64,000 nt of DNA from Anaeromyxobacteraceae bacterium (GTDB taxonomy: Bacteria > Myxococcota > Myxococcia > Myxococcales > Anaeromyxobacteraceae). Each line of letters starts with the position of its first letter. Within the stretch, counting starts at the first letter, position 1. Positions 24,852-35,349 of this stretch are shown in pieces. The notes beneath the pieces are model-generated. The model worked only from the letters and a program-made list of their open reading frames with translations. It did no database searches and was not told the DNA's origin. The DNA is taken from NCBI GenBank assembly GCA_047602405.1, contig JASGHJ010000002.1:2880001-2944000 (forward strand), read 5' to 3'. The translations under genes and the position numbers were made by a program.

Positions 24852-27647
24852 TCAGTTCGCCGGCAGGGCGATCCCGGCGCCGTTGATGTACGACGGCTGC
24901 CAGGAGTCGTTCGCCACGTCCTCGAGCTGCCCACGGACGGCCGCATCCGAGGAGGGGAGCTCCATCGGCAGGCGGGCCGAGCCGTAGGTGAAGCCGGTCG
25001 GGACGTTCTTGTTGAAGACGAAGTCCAGCACCGCGCGGTCGTAGGCGCCGAAGTCGGCGAGGAAGGCGTCCACGCCGGTGAAGGTCGCCAGCTGGTTGAT
25101 GTTCGCCTCGTCGGAGACGCTCGGGTAGGAGCCGGCCTGGCCGGCGAGCTCGTCGAGGCTCACGAGGCCGACGATGAACGGCCGGACGATGCCGGGCCGC
25201 GTCGTCTGCTGCACGAGGATGATCTTCAGGGTGGCGTTCGTCGGCAGGACCTGGGTCCCATCCGACTTCTTGTAGCCGTCGCGGGCGCGGAACGCGTCGA
25301 GCACCTTCTTCTTCGAGGCCGCCGCGGCCGCGAGGCTCCCGTCGACCTGGTTCACGAGCTGGTCGGGCGTGAGGACGCCGTCGTAGGAGAGCAGGCCCTC
25401 GAAGGTGCGGGCGGACGCGCGCGGGACGATGCGGATGATGGCGATGTCGGCCTTCGTGATGTCGGCGGTCGCCTCGACGGGCAGCGTGTAGCCCGCGACG
25501 CCGGCGGTGCCGCTGCCGGCGGCGGTGTAGTTGTAGTCGCCGAAGAGGTCGTTCACGTCGTCCTGCTTCGCCGCCTCTGCCGCCGTCGGGCCGACGATGC
25601 TGTCGAAGACGCCGTCGTAGTAGACGGTGACCTTCGCGTCGCCGTTCGTGTCGCAGTGGAACTCGCCGACGTCCGGCGCGCTCGCGGTGCCGCCCGCCTT
25701 GTCGGTGTAGCGGGTCCCGTTGATGGGCAGGTAGCGGATCGAGGACGTCGCGTGGTCCTGGTTGCGGAGCAGCACGATCGCCTTCTTCATCGTCTCGAAG
25801 CCGTCACGCCGGTCGGCCTGCGTCCGCATCGAGGTCGCGGCGTTCGCCGCCACCACGTACGGGTTCTCGAAGGCGCCCGTCTTGAACGTCATCTCGAGGA
25901 TCTTCTCGGCCGCCGCGTCGATCTCGGCCTCGCTCACGAGGCCCTGGTCGAAGGCCTGCTGGAAGGCGGTGTTCGAGTCGATGCCGAACTGGTGCGAGCC
26001 GGCGTGCAGCCACTGCGCGCCGCGCTCCGCGTAGGTCCAGTTCTCCATGTTGAAGGCCTGGCCGTTGGCCGTGTTCCAGTCGCCGGTCACCATCCCGGTG
26101 AAGCCCATGCGCTTCTTCGCGAGGCCGGTGATGAACTCGTAGGAGAAGCCCGACGGGATCTGGAGCGGGTCGTACTGGTACTGATCCTTGTAGATCGCGT
26201 AGCACGGCATGATCGCCGCCGCGCCCACGTCGAAGGCCGCCTGGAACGGGATGAAGTGCGCCTCGAGGTTGTTGCCCGGGTAGACGTTGAAGCGGCCCGG
26301 GTAGGTGTGGGCGTCCATGCCGTCGTCCTCGGCGCCGTGGCCGGGGAAGTGCTTCATGGTGGCCGCGATGCCGTTGCGGAGGTCGCCGGTCGCGCTGCCC
26401 TGGAAGCCGATCACCATCGCCTCGACGTGCTTCGAGACCGCCACCGGGTCGGAGCCGAGGACGCCGGCGATGCGGCCCCAGCGGGGCTCGGTCGCGGAGT
26501 CGGCCATGGGCCCGAGCTGCCAGCGGAGGCCGGCGGCCATGAACTCGCGGCGGACGCAGTCACCGTGACGGCGGGTGAGGTCGCGGTCGTTGATCGCGCC
26601 GAACGCGAGCGTGCTCGGCCAGTTCGTCATCAGCGTGGACTTCGAGATCGACATCGTGCCGTCGGCCGCCATGGAGGCGCTGATGGAGTGCGCCGGGTCG
26701 GCGGAGACGATCGCCGGGATGCCCAGCGGGAGCCCCTCGGCCATCGCCTGCACGTTGTTGAAGTAGGTGGCGAGCTGGGTGCCGGTGAAGCCAAAGCGCG
26801 TGAGGCCCTGCCGGTAGTTCCAGTACGCGATGTTCTGCACCGTCGAGTCGGCGAGCACGCCGTCGTTGGAGCCGTTGCCGAGCGAGCCGCCCGAGTTCAT
26901 GAGGCCGACCTTCTGCGGGACGGTCATGCGCTTCACGAGGTCGCGCGCGCGGCAGAGCGGCGAGTAGCGCCAGTCCTCGTAGCGCTCGAGGGTGGTGTTG
27001 TGGTTGAGGTCGCGGAAGTCCTTCCCGTCCACCGTGATCTTGGCCTTCTGCGTGTAGGGCACCTCGACGGCGGCGGTGGCGGTGTTGTTGTCGGCGTCGT
27101 ACGTGTACGCGACGCCGCCGGCCTTCGTGGGCTTCGCCGCGGCGAAGCCGAGCGTCGGCTGGGTGGTGGTCACCTGCGCGGCGCAGGGGTCGACCTCGGC
27201 CGGGGTGACCGGCGGGACCGCGGAGGCGATGATGCAGCCGCCGCCGTAGCACGCCCACCCGGTCGGGCAGGTGCCGGCCTGGTTCGCGGCGGAGCAGATG
27301 CTCGCGGTCGTCGCGCAGGCGCCCATGAAGCAGGTCTGGCCAGCGTCACACGTGCCGTTCGGCACGGTCGGGCTGCACGCGGCCGGGACCGAGGCCGCGA
27401 CGATGCAGCCGCCGCCGTAGCACTGGAAGCCGTTCGGGCAGCTGCCGGTCGCGTTGGTCGCGCTGCAGAGCGAGGCGGTCGCGACGCACGCGCCCTGCGA
27501 GCAGGACTGGCCGGAGGCGCACTGGCCGGTCGGGTAGGTGGGACTGCAGTCCGGGATCCGATCCACGTACTTCGTCTCGGTGTCCGTGCACGCGGCGAGG
27601 CCGGCGAGCACGAGCGAGGCGAAGAGGAGGTTCTTCGGTACGCGCAT
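24852..27647 (-). CDS. GH3 glycoside hydrolase lipoprotein with four Cys-rich N-terminal repeats
   Basis: Start MRVPKN after GGAG; lipobox LAAC; YEDWR, ATEPRWGR, MKHFPGHG, VTGDWN; clear paralog of 21959-24616. Confidence 0.92.
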   Translation of the reverse strand: MRVPKNLLFASLVLAGLAACTDTETKYVDRIPDCSPTYPTGQCASGQSCSQGACVATASLCSATNATGSCPNGFQCYGGGCIVAASVPAACSPTVPNGTCDAGQTCFMGACATTASICSAANQAGTCPTGWACYGGGCIIASAVPPVTPAEVDPCAAQVTTTQPTLGFAAAKPTKAGGVAYTYDADNNTATAAVEVPYTQKAKITVDGKDFRDLNHNTTLERYEDWRYSPLCRARDLVKRMTVPQKVGLMNSGGSLGNGSNDGVLADSTVQNIAYWNYRQGLTRFGFTGTQLATYFNNVQAMAEGLPLGIPAIVSADPAHSISASMAADGTMSISKSTLMTNWPSTLAFGAINDRDLTRRHGDCVRREFMAAGLRWQLGPMADSATEPRWGRIAGVLGSDPVAVSKHVEAMVIGFQGSATGDLRNGIAATMKHFPGHGAEDDGMDAHTYPGRFNVYPGNNLEAHFIPFQAAFDVGAAAIMPCYAIYKDQYQYDPLQIPSGFSYEFITGLAKKRMGFTGMVTGDWNTANGQAFNMENWTYAERGAQWLHAGSHQFGIDSNTAFQQAFDQGLVSEAEIDAAAEKILEMTFKTGAFENPYVVAANAATSMRTQADRRDGFETMKKAIVLLRNQDHATSSIRYLPINGTRYTDKAGGTASAPDVGEFHCDTNGDAKVTVYYDGVFDSIVGPTAAEAAKQDDVNDLFGDYNYTAAGSGTAGVAGYTLPVEATADITKADIAIIRIVPRASARTFEGLLSYDGVLTPDQLVNQVDGSLAAAAASKKKVLDAFRARDGYKKSDGTQVLPTNATLKIILVQQTTRPGIVRPFIVGLVSLDELAGQAGSYPSVSDEANINQLATFTGVDAFLADFGAYDRAVLDFVFNKNVPTGFTYGSARLPMELPSSDAAVRGQLEDVANDSWQPSYINGAGIALPAN

Positions 27648-27725
27648 GGCTGCTCCTGGAGTTGCGAGTGTGGGTGCCCGGAGGACACGCACCATGCGCG
27701 CTCGACCCCGAGTTCACTTCCGGGA

Positions 27726-27762
27726 TCTTGATCTTTCGGTTTCCGAATTTTTGGTTTCTTGC
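27726..27762 (-). promoter_or_regulatory. conserved upstream motif GCAAGAAACC...CGAAAGATCAAGA (probable AraC operator)
   Basis: AT-rich patch between the divergent AraC and GH3 genes; matches 24709-24736. Confidence 0.6.
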
Positions 27763-27908
27763 GGTTCGGCCCGGGAAGGCTTGCTGCATCGCGTGATGGC
27801 GGAGTCTCCGGCCTCCCCGAGAGGAGCAAACGACTGCAGGTCGATCGCACCCTGCGACGGCGCTGCCTCTTGCCCGGGCACGCAAGACCCGGCTACGGTC
27901 CCGCCGGA

Positions 27909-28808
27909 ATGATCTCCCCAGGCGCCCCCGGCGCCTTCTTCGCGCGCGTCGAGCGCGGGACGCCGAGGTGCTATGCCCCGGCGGAGGGGGGCCCGCGCGG
28001 CTTCGTGCGGACCTGGAGCACCGTGGGTGCGGCGCGCTTCGCGTGCGAGCCCTGCGAGGAGCCTCAGGGGCACCTCTTGAACCACCTCGTCACGCTCCAC
28101 CTCTCCGGCGAGGCGGTGCTCGACCTCGGCCTGCCGGGGCGCGACTGGGAGAGCCACCGCGTCGCCCATCACGGCATCGGGCTGTGGCCCGCCGCGTTCG
28201 AGCACGCGGTCCGCACCCACCAGCCCGCCGACGTGCTCTTCGTCGAGCTCGCGCCCGGGTTCGTGGAGTCCGCCCTCCTCGACGCCCACGCCAGCGAGCC
28301 GGTCCTGCCGGTCGTCGGCGGCGAGGACCCGTTCGTCGAGCACGTCCTCCTCGCGCTCGCGTCGGAGGCGAAGGCCGACACGCCCACCGCCGCGGCCCGG
28401 GTCGAGAAGCTCGCCGCGGTGCTCGTCGCCCACCTCGCCGAGCACCCGCTGCGCGGGCCTCCGCCGCTCGCGCCGGCGAGCTCGCTGCCGAGCCCCAAGC
28501 TGCGCCGCGTGCTCGATCACATCTCCGGGAACCTCGACGCGGCGCTCACGCTGCAGCGGCTCGCCGAGCTCGCGGACATGGACGTCTTCCGCTTCACGCG
28601 CGCGTTCAAGCAGTCGACGGGCAGCTCCCCGCACCGGTACGTGCTCGAGGCCCGCATCGCGCGCGCGAAGGAGCTCCTCGGGAACCGCGCGCTCTCGATC
28701 ACCGACGTGGCGCTGCAGACCGGCTTCGCGACGCCGAGCCACTTCTCGGTGACGTTCCGGCGGATCACCGCCCTCACCCCGCGCGCGTTCCGCGACGGGC
28801 TGAAGTAG
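27909..28808 (+). CDS. AraC-family transcriptional regulator
   Basis: C-terminal LTLQRLAELADMDVFRFTRAFKQSTGSSPHRYV...SITDVALQTGFATPSHFS; start uncertain. Confidence 0.92.
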   Translation: MISPGAPGAFFARVERGTPRCYAPAEGGPRGFVRTWSTVGAARFACEPCEEPQGHLLNHLVTLHLSGEAVLDLGLPGRDWESHRVAHHGIGLWPAAFEHAVRTHQPADVLFVELAPGFVESALLDAHASEPVLPVVGGEDPFVEHVLLALASEAKADTPTAAARVEKLAAVLVAHLAEHPLRGPPPLAPASSLPSPKLRRVLDHISGNLDAALTLQRLAELADMDVFRFTRAFKQSTGSSPHRYVLEARIARAKELLGNRALSITDVALQTGFATPSHFSVTFRRITALTPRAFRDGLK

Positions 28809-28815
28809 AATCCCG

Positions 28816-28867
28816 CGCCCCTCGTCTCCGGGGCCGCTGCGCGGCCCCTACGCTCGGGGCGAACGGA
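28816..28867 (-). repeat. REP-like palindrome (family copy A)
   Basis: TCCGTTCGCCCC-GAGCGTAG-GGGCCGC-GCA-GCGGCCC-CGGAGACGA-GGGGCG between convergent genes. Confidence 0.75.
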
Positions 28868-28894
28868 GCCCTTGTTGCTGGAGGAGCCCCGAAG

Positions 28895-29659
28895 CTACGG
28901 CCCGAGCACCGGACGGATGCCGTACCCGCCCACCTTCCAGGCGCCGCCCTCCTCCACCAGCGTGACCCGCTCGAGGAAGCGCACGCCGTCGGGGCCCCGC
29001 GTCTCGTACTGCGTCGCGATCACCCACGCGCCGGACGCGTCGCGCGACTGGGTCCGGTAGCGCTCGGTGCGCGTCGCCGGGTAGCGCAGCGCCTTGCGGA
29101 CGCCCATGAGCTGGGCCCACTGCGACGTCGCCTGGATCTCCGAGCGGAAGGAGGCCGCCGCGGTGGCGATGGCCGCCTCGGGCCGGCCGTCGTCCAGCAG
29201 GAGCACCCACGCCTTCCCCGCTGCGGCCGCCGCGGCGGTGCGCGCGCGATCCGCGCGATCGGCGGCGGCCCCGGCCGCCGGGTGCGGGGTGAGGCGCGCC
29301 TCCGCCTGCGGCGCGCCCTTCGCCCGGCGGAAGCCCGCCCCGGCGGGCTCGTACACGTGTTCCACCGCGCCCGCGCGGCCGGCCGCGCGCACGGTGAGCC
29401 TCACCTCGCTCGCGGCGGCGAGCTCCGGGCCGACCGCGGCGGCGACCGCGTCCGCGTCGCGCGCCAGGCGCGCCGGGTCGGCGGTCTCGGCGGCGTACGA
29501 CACCTGGAGGCCGGCGCCCGCCGCCCGGGACGGGTGCACCTCGAAGACCCGGAACACCGCGCCCGACGGCGTGTGGAGGTCCACCTGGCGCGGCGGCGCG
29601 GCCGGGCCGGCGGCGAGGTGGAGCGACAGGGCGGCGGCGAACGGGGCGAGGGCGATCAT
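28895..29659 (-). CDS. secreted DUF4019-like protein
   Basis: AGKAWVLLLDDGR...QYET...ERVTLVEEGGAWKVGGYGIRP C-terminal domain. Confidence 0.7.
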   Translation of the reverse strand: MIALAPFAAALSLHLAAGPAAPPRQVDLHTPSGAVFRVFEVHPSRAAGAGLQVSYAAETADPARLARDADAVAAAVGPELAAASEVRLTVRAAGRAGAVEHVYEPAGAGFRRAKGAPQAEARLTPHPAAGAAADRADRARTAAAAAAGKAWVLLLDDGRPEAAIATAAASFRSEIQATSQWAQLMGVRKALRYPATRTERYRTQSRDASGAWVIATQYETRGPDGVRFLERVTLVEEGGAWKVGGYGIRPVLGP

Positions 29660-31879
29660 CGGCGGGCCTTCCTTTCACGGCGGGCGGGGCGCGCCGCGGC
29701 GGCCGGCGCCGGCGCGGCGGTGAGGCCGCCCCGCCGGTCGAGCCAGCGGCGGAGCAGCACGGGCAGCGCGAGGGCCGGGACCTCGTAAAGGAGCCAGCTT
29801 CTTCTCCCGCTCCCAGGCGTACCAGTTGTCGGACAGCTTCTCGAACGGCACGAGCCCGAGCGCACACAGGATGGCGTTCACGGCCAGGAACACCGTGAAG
29901 TGCCAGACGAGCACGTCGAGCGTGGACCGGCCGAGGAGGTGGACCGGCGAGCCCTCCGGCAGGAACCGCGCCGCGTGGTGCGCGAGCTGGAAGACCATCA
30001 GCACGAGGAGGAGGCTCGTCGCGACCGGGACCCACACCCGCACGTTCGCGACGTTCCCGAGCACGAAGTTGTAGCGGATGTTCCCGAGGTTCACCGCGAG
30101 CACGTTCACGAGCGCGAAGGCCACGACCAGGAACCACGGCGCGAGCAGCACCCGCGCGAGGCGCTCCTCGTGCAGGCGGACCACGTGGCCGGCCAGGAAG
30201 AAGAACAGCGCGAGCGCGGTGCGCACGCCGGTGAGCCGGAGATCCTCGAACGACTGGAGCCCCTGCTCGAGCACCGGGACGAGCAGCGGGGCGAGGACGG
30301 CGAGCGCCGCCGTCGCCCAGGCCTTCCCGGGCCGCCAGACGACCACCTGGAAGACCACGTGCACGAGGAAGAGCTGCAGGATGAACCAGGCCGCGAGGTA
30401 CAGGTGGTACTGGTGGCCGTCCTCGAACGGCTGCACGAAGAACCCGCGCAAGGTCGCGAGCACCTCCGCCCGCGAGCCGAAGGCCGGGATGGCGTAGCCG
30501 AGCCGGATGCCGCCGAGCGCGAGCAGGAACGTCAGGACGGCGAAGAAGAGGTTCCAGCGGAAGTAGAGGAGGAGCTGGGTCCTCGCCTTCCCGGCGAGGA
30601 ACCGGAGCTTCGCGCCGAGCCCCTCCTTCGCGGTCGCGAGGTAGCCCGACGCGAAGAAGAACAGCGGCATGTGGAACGTGTACGCGTCGAGGAACAGGTG
30701 CGGCGGCTGGTGGTGGTGGCCCATCACCACCATCACGATGCCGAACGCCAGCATCACGTCGACGTGGCGCAGCCGCCCCCCGCTCCCCCCGCTCCCCCCG
30801 CTCCCCCCGCTCGCCCTCTCGCCCCCGCTCGGCCCCTCCCGTCCGTTCGTCCTGAGCGTAGCCGCCGCGAAGCGGCGGCGTAGTCGAAGGACGGGCAACC
30901 CGATCGCCGGCACGAGGTAGAGGAGCCACCAGCGGTCGAGCTTGAACGTGCGCGCCGCCGCCGGGAGGTCTGCGGCGGCGAGGAGCCCCGCGCCCACGAA
31001 CGCGAGGTCCACCAGGAACAGCACCGCGGCGTGGAGCGCGAGCACCGCGACCCACGCGCGCCCCACGGCGAGGAGCGCCGAGCGCGGCGGGACGACCTCG
31101 GCCGCGTAGCCGGCCAGGGACCAGCCCATGAGCGCGATGGGCGCGGTGGTGAGGAGCGCGGGCCCGGGGGTGGCCCCGAGGCTGCCCCGCTCGATCGCGT
31201 ACCCGAGGGCGCCCCCGTTCTTCGCGATCGTGTCCACGAGGAGGAAGCCGCCCACGATCACAGTGGGGGCGCGCAGGCGCCGGGCGAGCGCCGGGCTCGC
31301 CGCGAGCCCCGCGCCCGCGAGCAGGAACGCGAGCGCGAAGGCGAGGCGCGCGAGGAGGAGCTGGCCGCCCGGCTCGAGCGCTCCGTCCCCGCCCGCCGCC
31401 ACCGCGAGGAGCGCCGCCGCGGCCGCGCCAATCCATGCGCCGGCCGCTCGACCGGGCGCCGGCGCGAGCACGGCGAGGAGCGCGAGCCCCGCCGCGGAGG
31501 ACGCGAGCATCCAGGCCGCCGGGAAGAGCCCCGGCGCCGCCGCGAGCCCGAGCGGCGCGAGCGCCGCCTGGAGGAGCGTGTCCCCGGCGCTGCTGGCGAT
31601 CGCGCCCGGCGGCGGGAGCCCCGCGCGGGAGAGCGCGAGCGCGAGCAACACCGCGAGCGCGGTGCCCGCCCACGCGACGGCGGCCCACCGGCCGGCCGCG
31701 GCGAGGAGCGCGCGCCGGCCGCGCGGCGCGGCGAAGCCCACCGCGAGGAAGAGGAAGCCCGCCGCGAAGGCGGCCACCGGGTAGAAGAGGAACGCGGGCT
31801 GGTAGCGCGCCGCCATGACGGCGGCCACCGCCGCGAGCCCGAGCATCGCCTGGCCGTGCCGTTCGTGCACGGGCGGCAC
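29656..31879 (-). CDS. acyltransferase-3 family membrane protein, two tandem halves; +1 frameshift near 29800
   Basis: C-half RHVDVMLAFGIVMVVMGH, YTFHMPLFFFASG, AWFILQLF; N-half is a degenerate homologue; correct C-terminus is in the 29656 frame. Confidence 0.75.
30776..30894 (+). repeat. C-rich (CCCCCCGCT)n tract plus REP-like palindrome (family copy B)
   Basis: CCGTTCGTCCT-GAGCGTAG-CCGCCGC-GAA-GCGGCGG-CGTAGTCGA-AGGACGG at 30843-30894. Confidence 0.75.
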
Positions 31880-31968
31880 CCTTCCACGAAAGGCGGCGGC
31901 GCGGCAAGCGGCGGCACCCCGGGTACGGGGTGCGCCCTCTCCCGCTCAGCCCGGCCTCCGGGAGTGAC

Positions 31969-34505
31969 TCACTGACAGTCAATCTTCGGGATCCGGCCCC
32001 CGAACTCGAGGTCGAGATAGAACTGCACGTTCTTGTTCCCGGGCAGCACGCAGTACGCGTTCAGGAGCGGCTGCATGTCGCCGTGGTACACGTAACGCGC
32101 CACGAACTGCGCGACGAGCTGCTCCGCGTTGACGGCGCGGACCAGCGCGTCGTCGTGACCGGCCAGGTGCGGGAGCACGCTCGCCTGGTGCCGGGGCAGC
32201 TCCCACTCCGGGACCCTCTCCTCCCGGACCGAGATGTCCTCGAAGTACTGGCGGTCGTCCGTGTTGACGCGCTTCTCCTCGCCGATGAGGCGCGCCATGG
32301 CCGGCTCGTCGAGCCAGAAGAAGCCGGCCACGCGCGCCACGGTGTCGAGCTGGAACTGCTGGGCCTCGAACCACGGGGGCAGCCGGTCGAGCTTCGCCTG
32401 CAGCGTCCCGGCGTCGACGCCGAAGGGCTCGGGCGTGCCGAGCAGGAAGGCCTGGTCGGAGCCGTACACGTGCCAGAGGGTCGCCGTGGGGAAGACGCTG
32501 CGGAAGGTGTTGAGGAGGATCCTCAGCCGGGCGCCGCGCATGGTGCGATCCACCGGGAACCACTGCGCGAAGACACCCCCGGGGCGCAGGCGCGCCTTCA
32601 CCGAGCGGTAGAACTCCTGCGTGTACAGGATCCAGCTGTCGTAGGCGCGCGGGTGCGTCGAGTCGGAGACGATGACGTCGTACGGCTTGCCGCTCGTGAC
32701 GAGGTAGTTGCGGCCGTCGTCGGCGTGGAACCGGAACCGGGGCTGGTGGAAGACGTCGCCGTTCACCTCGGTGAACAGGTCGTTGATGCCCCGGACGTCG
32801 GGGTTCAGGTCCACGACGTCGAGCGACGCCACCTCTTCCGAGGCCAGCACCGAGCCGGCCGTGATCCCCGCCCCGAACGCGATCACCAGCGCGTCCTTGG
32901 GCGTCGTCGACCCGTGCACCATCACCGGCAGGGCGCCGAGCAGCTTGAAGAGCTGGACGTGGAAGAAGCGCGTCGAGGCCTCCTCCACACCGTTGAGGTA
33001 CATGTCGCGGTAGGCGCCGATGCGCTCGTCCTCGTGCTCGATGACGGTCACGTTGGCCGCGCGCCCCTCCAGGGCCAGCCGGACCTCCACCCCGGCCCAT
33101 GCCCGGCCGGTGCGCCACCTTGTTCGCGTAGAGCCCGGTGATGCTCGGCATGAGCACCGTCAGGAGGACGAGCGTCGCCGCCACGACCGCGCCCGCGGTC
33201 GCCCAGCGCGGCGCGCTCCTGCCCGGCGCGAGCAGGTTGATCATCGCCAACGCGACGCAGATCGACGCCAGCCCGACCAGCACGCCGTGCGCGCCGATGA
33301 CGGGCACGAGGAAGTGGTTCACGAGCCCCGCGCCGAGGACGCCCCCGGCGGTGTTGAGCGCGTAGAGCGTCGCCGCGTCGCGGGTGGCCGTGCCGCGGTT
33401 CCGGGGATCCAGCATCCGCACCGCGATCGGCAGGAGCGCGCCGAGCGCGACCGTGGGCGCCGAGATGACGGCGAGCACGAGGAGCCGGTTCTGCGTCGGC
33501 TCGTAGGCGGTGCTGGAACCCGCCGAACGAGAGGATGACGTACGGCGCCGCCAGGAGGAGCGCCGCCGCGGCGAGCGAGAACACGCCGAAGAGGCGCTCG
33601 CCGGAGCGCGTGCGGCGGGCGAGGAGGTCGTGGAGCCACGTCCCGAGCACGGCGCTGATCCCGGTGCCGATCAGGAACCCCGTCAGGACGAACGCGAAGA
33701 CGGATCCCCTGTTTCCGATGAAGAGGATCACGAGCCGCGTCAGGAGCACCTCGTAGGCGAGCGCGACGAAGCCGACGCCGAACGTCGCGACGAGGAGGAA
33801 CCGGCGCAGGCCCGGGCGGACGGCGGCTGCCTCCGCGGGCGACCCCTCGACTGCAGCTTCCGCCGGCGCCCGGTCGAGGAGCCTCGCCGCGAGGGCGAGG
33901 CCGGCCGCGACGACGTTGAGGATGCAGGCGCCGACGAGCGTCGCGTGGACACCGTGCTCGAAGATGAGCCGGTGGCCCGCGAGGTAGCAGCCGACGGCCG
34001 CGCCGAGCGTGTTGACGCTGTACAGGAGCCCGATGCGCGTCGTCCGCCCGGATGCGCTGGCGGCGCCCGAGACCATGGCCGGGAACGTCGCGCCCATGAG
34101 CAGCGCCGGGACGAGGAGGGCGGCCATCGTCACCACGACGCGCACCGCCGTGAGCAGCGTTCGCGCGGGCACGCTGCCCGCCAGGCCGGAGAAGGCTGCG
34201 GCGAGCGCCTCGAACAGCGACGGAGACGCCAGGATGTAGGCGCCGATGGCGAGCTCGAGGGCGAGGTAGAACCCGAGCGACGCGCGACGCCGGGCGAGGA
34301 GCTTTCCGGCGACGTAGCTGCCGAGGCCCAGGCCGCCCATGAAGACGGCCGTGATCATCGCGGTCGCGCTGAGGGAGTTGCCGACCACCACGATCAGCAT
34401 CCGGTTCCACGTCACCTCGGCGAAGAGGCTGCTCGCGCCCGACGCGAAGAAGGCGCAGTAGACGAGGACCGAGAAGAGGGTCGATCGATCCGGGGTACGG
34501 GGCAC
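31969..34505 (-). CDS. fused MFS-like/spermidine synthase protein; two +1 frameshifts (~33520 and ~33110)
   Basis: FFASGASSLFAEVTWNR, LYSVNTLGA, ALVIAFGAGITAG, DDGRNYL, YDVIVSD, LYTQEFY, GGVFAQW spread across three frames. Confidence 0.85.
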
Positions 34506-34663
34506 GGGAACTCCCTTCGTTTCGGCCCCACGTCGCATCGAGCCGACGCCGCATTGACGCCCATTCACTGAGGCATGTCGTGACGTCGGTCAACTGCGGG
34601 CCCCGGTTCGCCCCGGGAGAAGGCGGGAGGCACGCACCCAGAGTCATCGGCGCGCAGGGGCAC

Positions 34664-35218
34664 TCACGGCAGCCGCCGGAGGACGCGACACGGGTTCCCC
34701 GCGGCCACGCAGCGGGCGGGGACGTCGCGGGTCACCACGCTCCCGGCGCCGACGGTCGCGCCCTCGCCGACGGTCACGCCGGGCAGGATCACCGCCGCCC
34801 CGCCGATCCAGGCCTTCGCCCCGATCCGGACCGGTCGGGCGAGCTCCGGGCCCTTCACCCGCTCGTCCGGGTCGACCGGGTGGGTGGCCGTGTAGATCTG
34901 CACCGCGGGCCCGAGGAACGCGTCGTCGCCGATGTCGATGCGCGCGCAGTCGAGGAGCACGCAGCCGGTGTTGAGGTACGCCCGCGCGCCGAGGTGCACC
35001 TGGGCGCCGTAGTCCACGAACAGCGGCGGCTCGATCCACGCGCCCGCACCGACCGCGCCGAGGAGGCCGCGCAGGATGGAGAGGCGGCCCTCGACGTCCT
35101 CGGGGTCCGTGTCGGCGAGCTGCCTCGCGAGCCTGCGGGCCCTCACCCGCGCCGCGACGAGCTCGGGATCGCTCGCCAGGTAGAGCTGCCCCGAGAGCAT
35201 CTTCTCGCGTTCGGTCAT
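34664..35218 (-). CDS. maa: maltose/galactoside O-acetyltransferase
   Basis: MTEREKMLSGQLY, IEPPLFVDYG, QIYTATHP, hexapeptide repeats, AAGNPCRVLR. Confidence 0.9.
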   Translation of the reverse strand: MTEREKMLSGQLYLASDPELVAARVRARRLARQLADTDPEDVEGRLSILRGLLGAVGAGAWIEPPLFVDYGAQVHLGARAYLNTGCVLLDCARIDIGDDAFLGPAVQIYTATHPVDPDERVKGPELARPVRIGAKAWIGGAAVILPGVTVGEGATVGAGSVVTRDVPARCVAAGNPCRVLRRLP

Positions 35219-35349
35219 CGCGTCCTCGCCCCGGACTTAGCCGGGGGCCGGGCGGCGCGCACCCCGCCCGCGCCGCCGCGGCTCGACCCGGGGTGCGGCG
35301 ACACGACGGCCTGAAGCGGGCCGCGCGGGCCGGGTGGTAGAGAGAGCGC

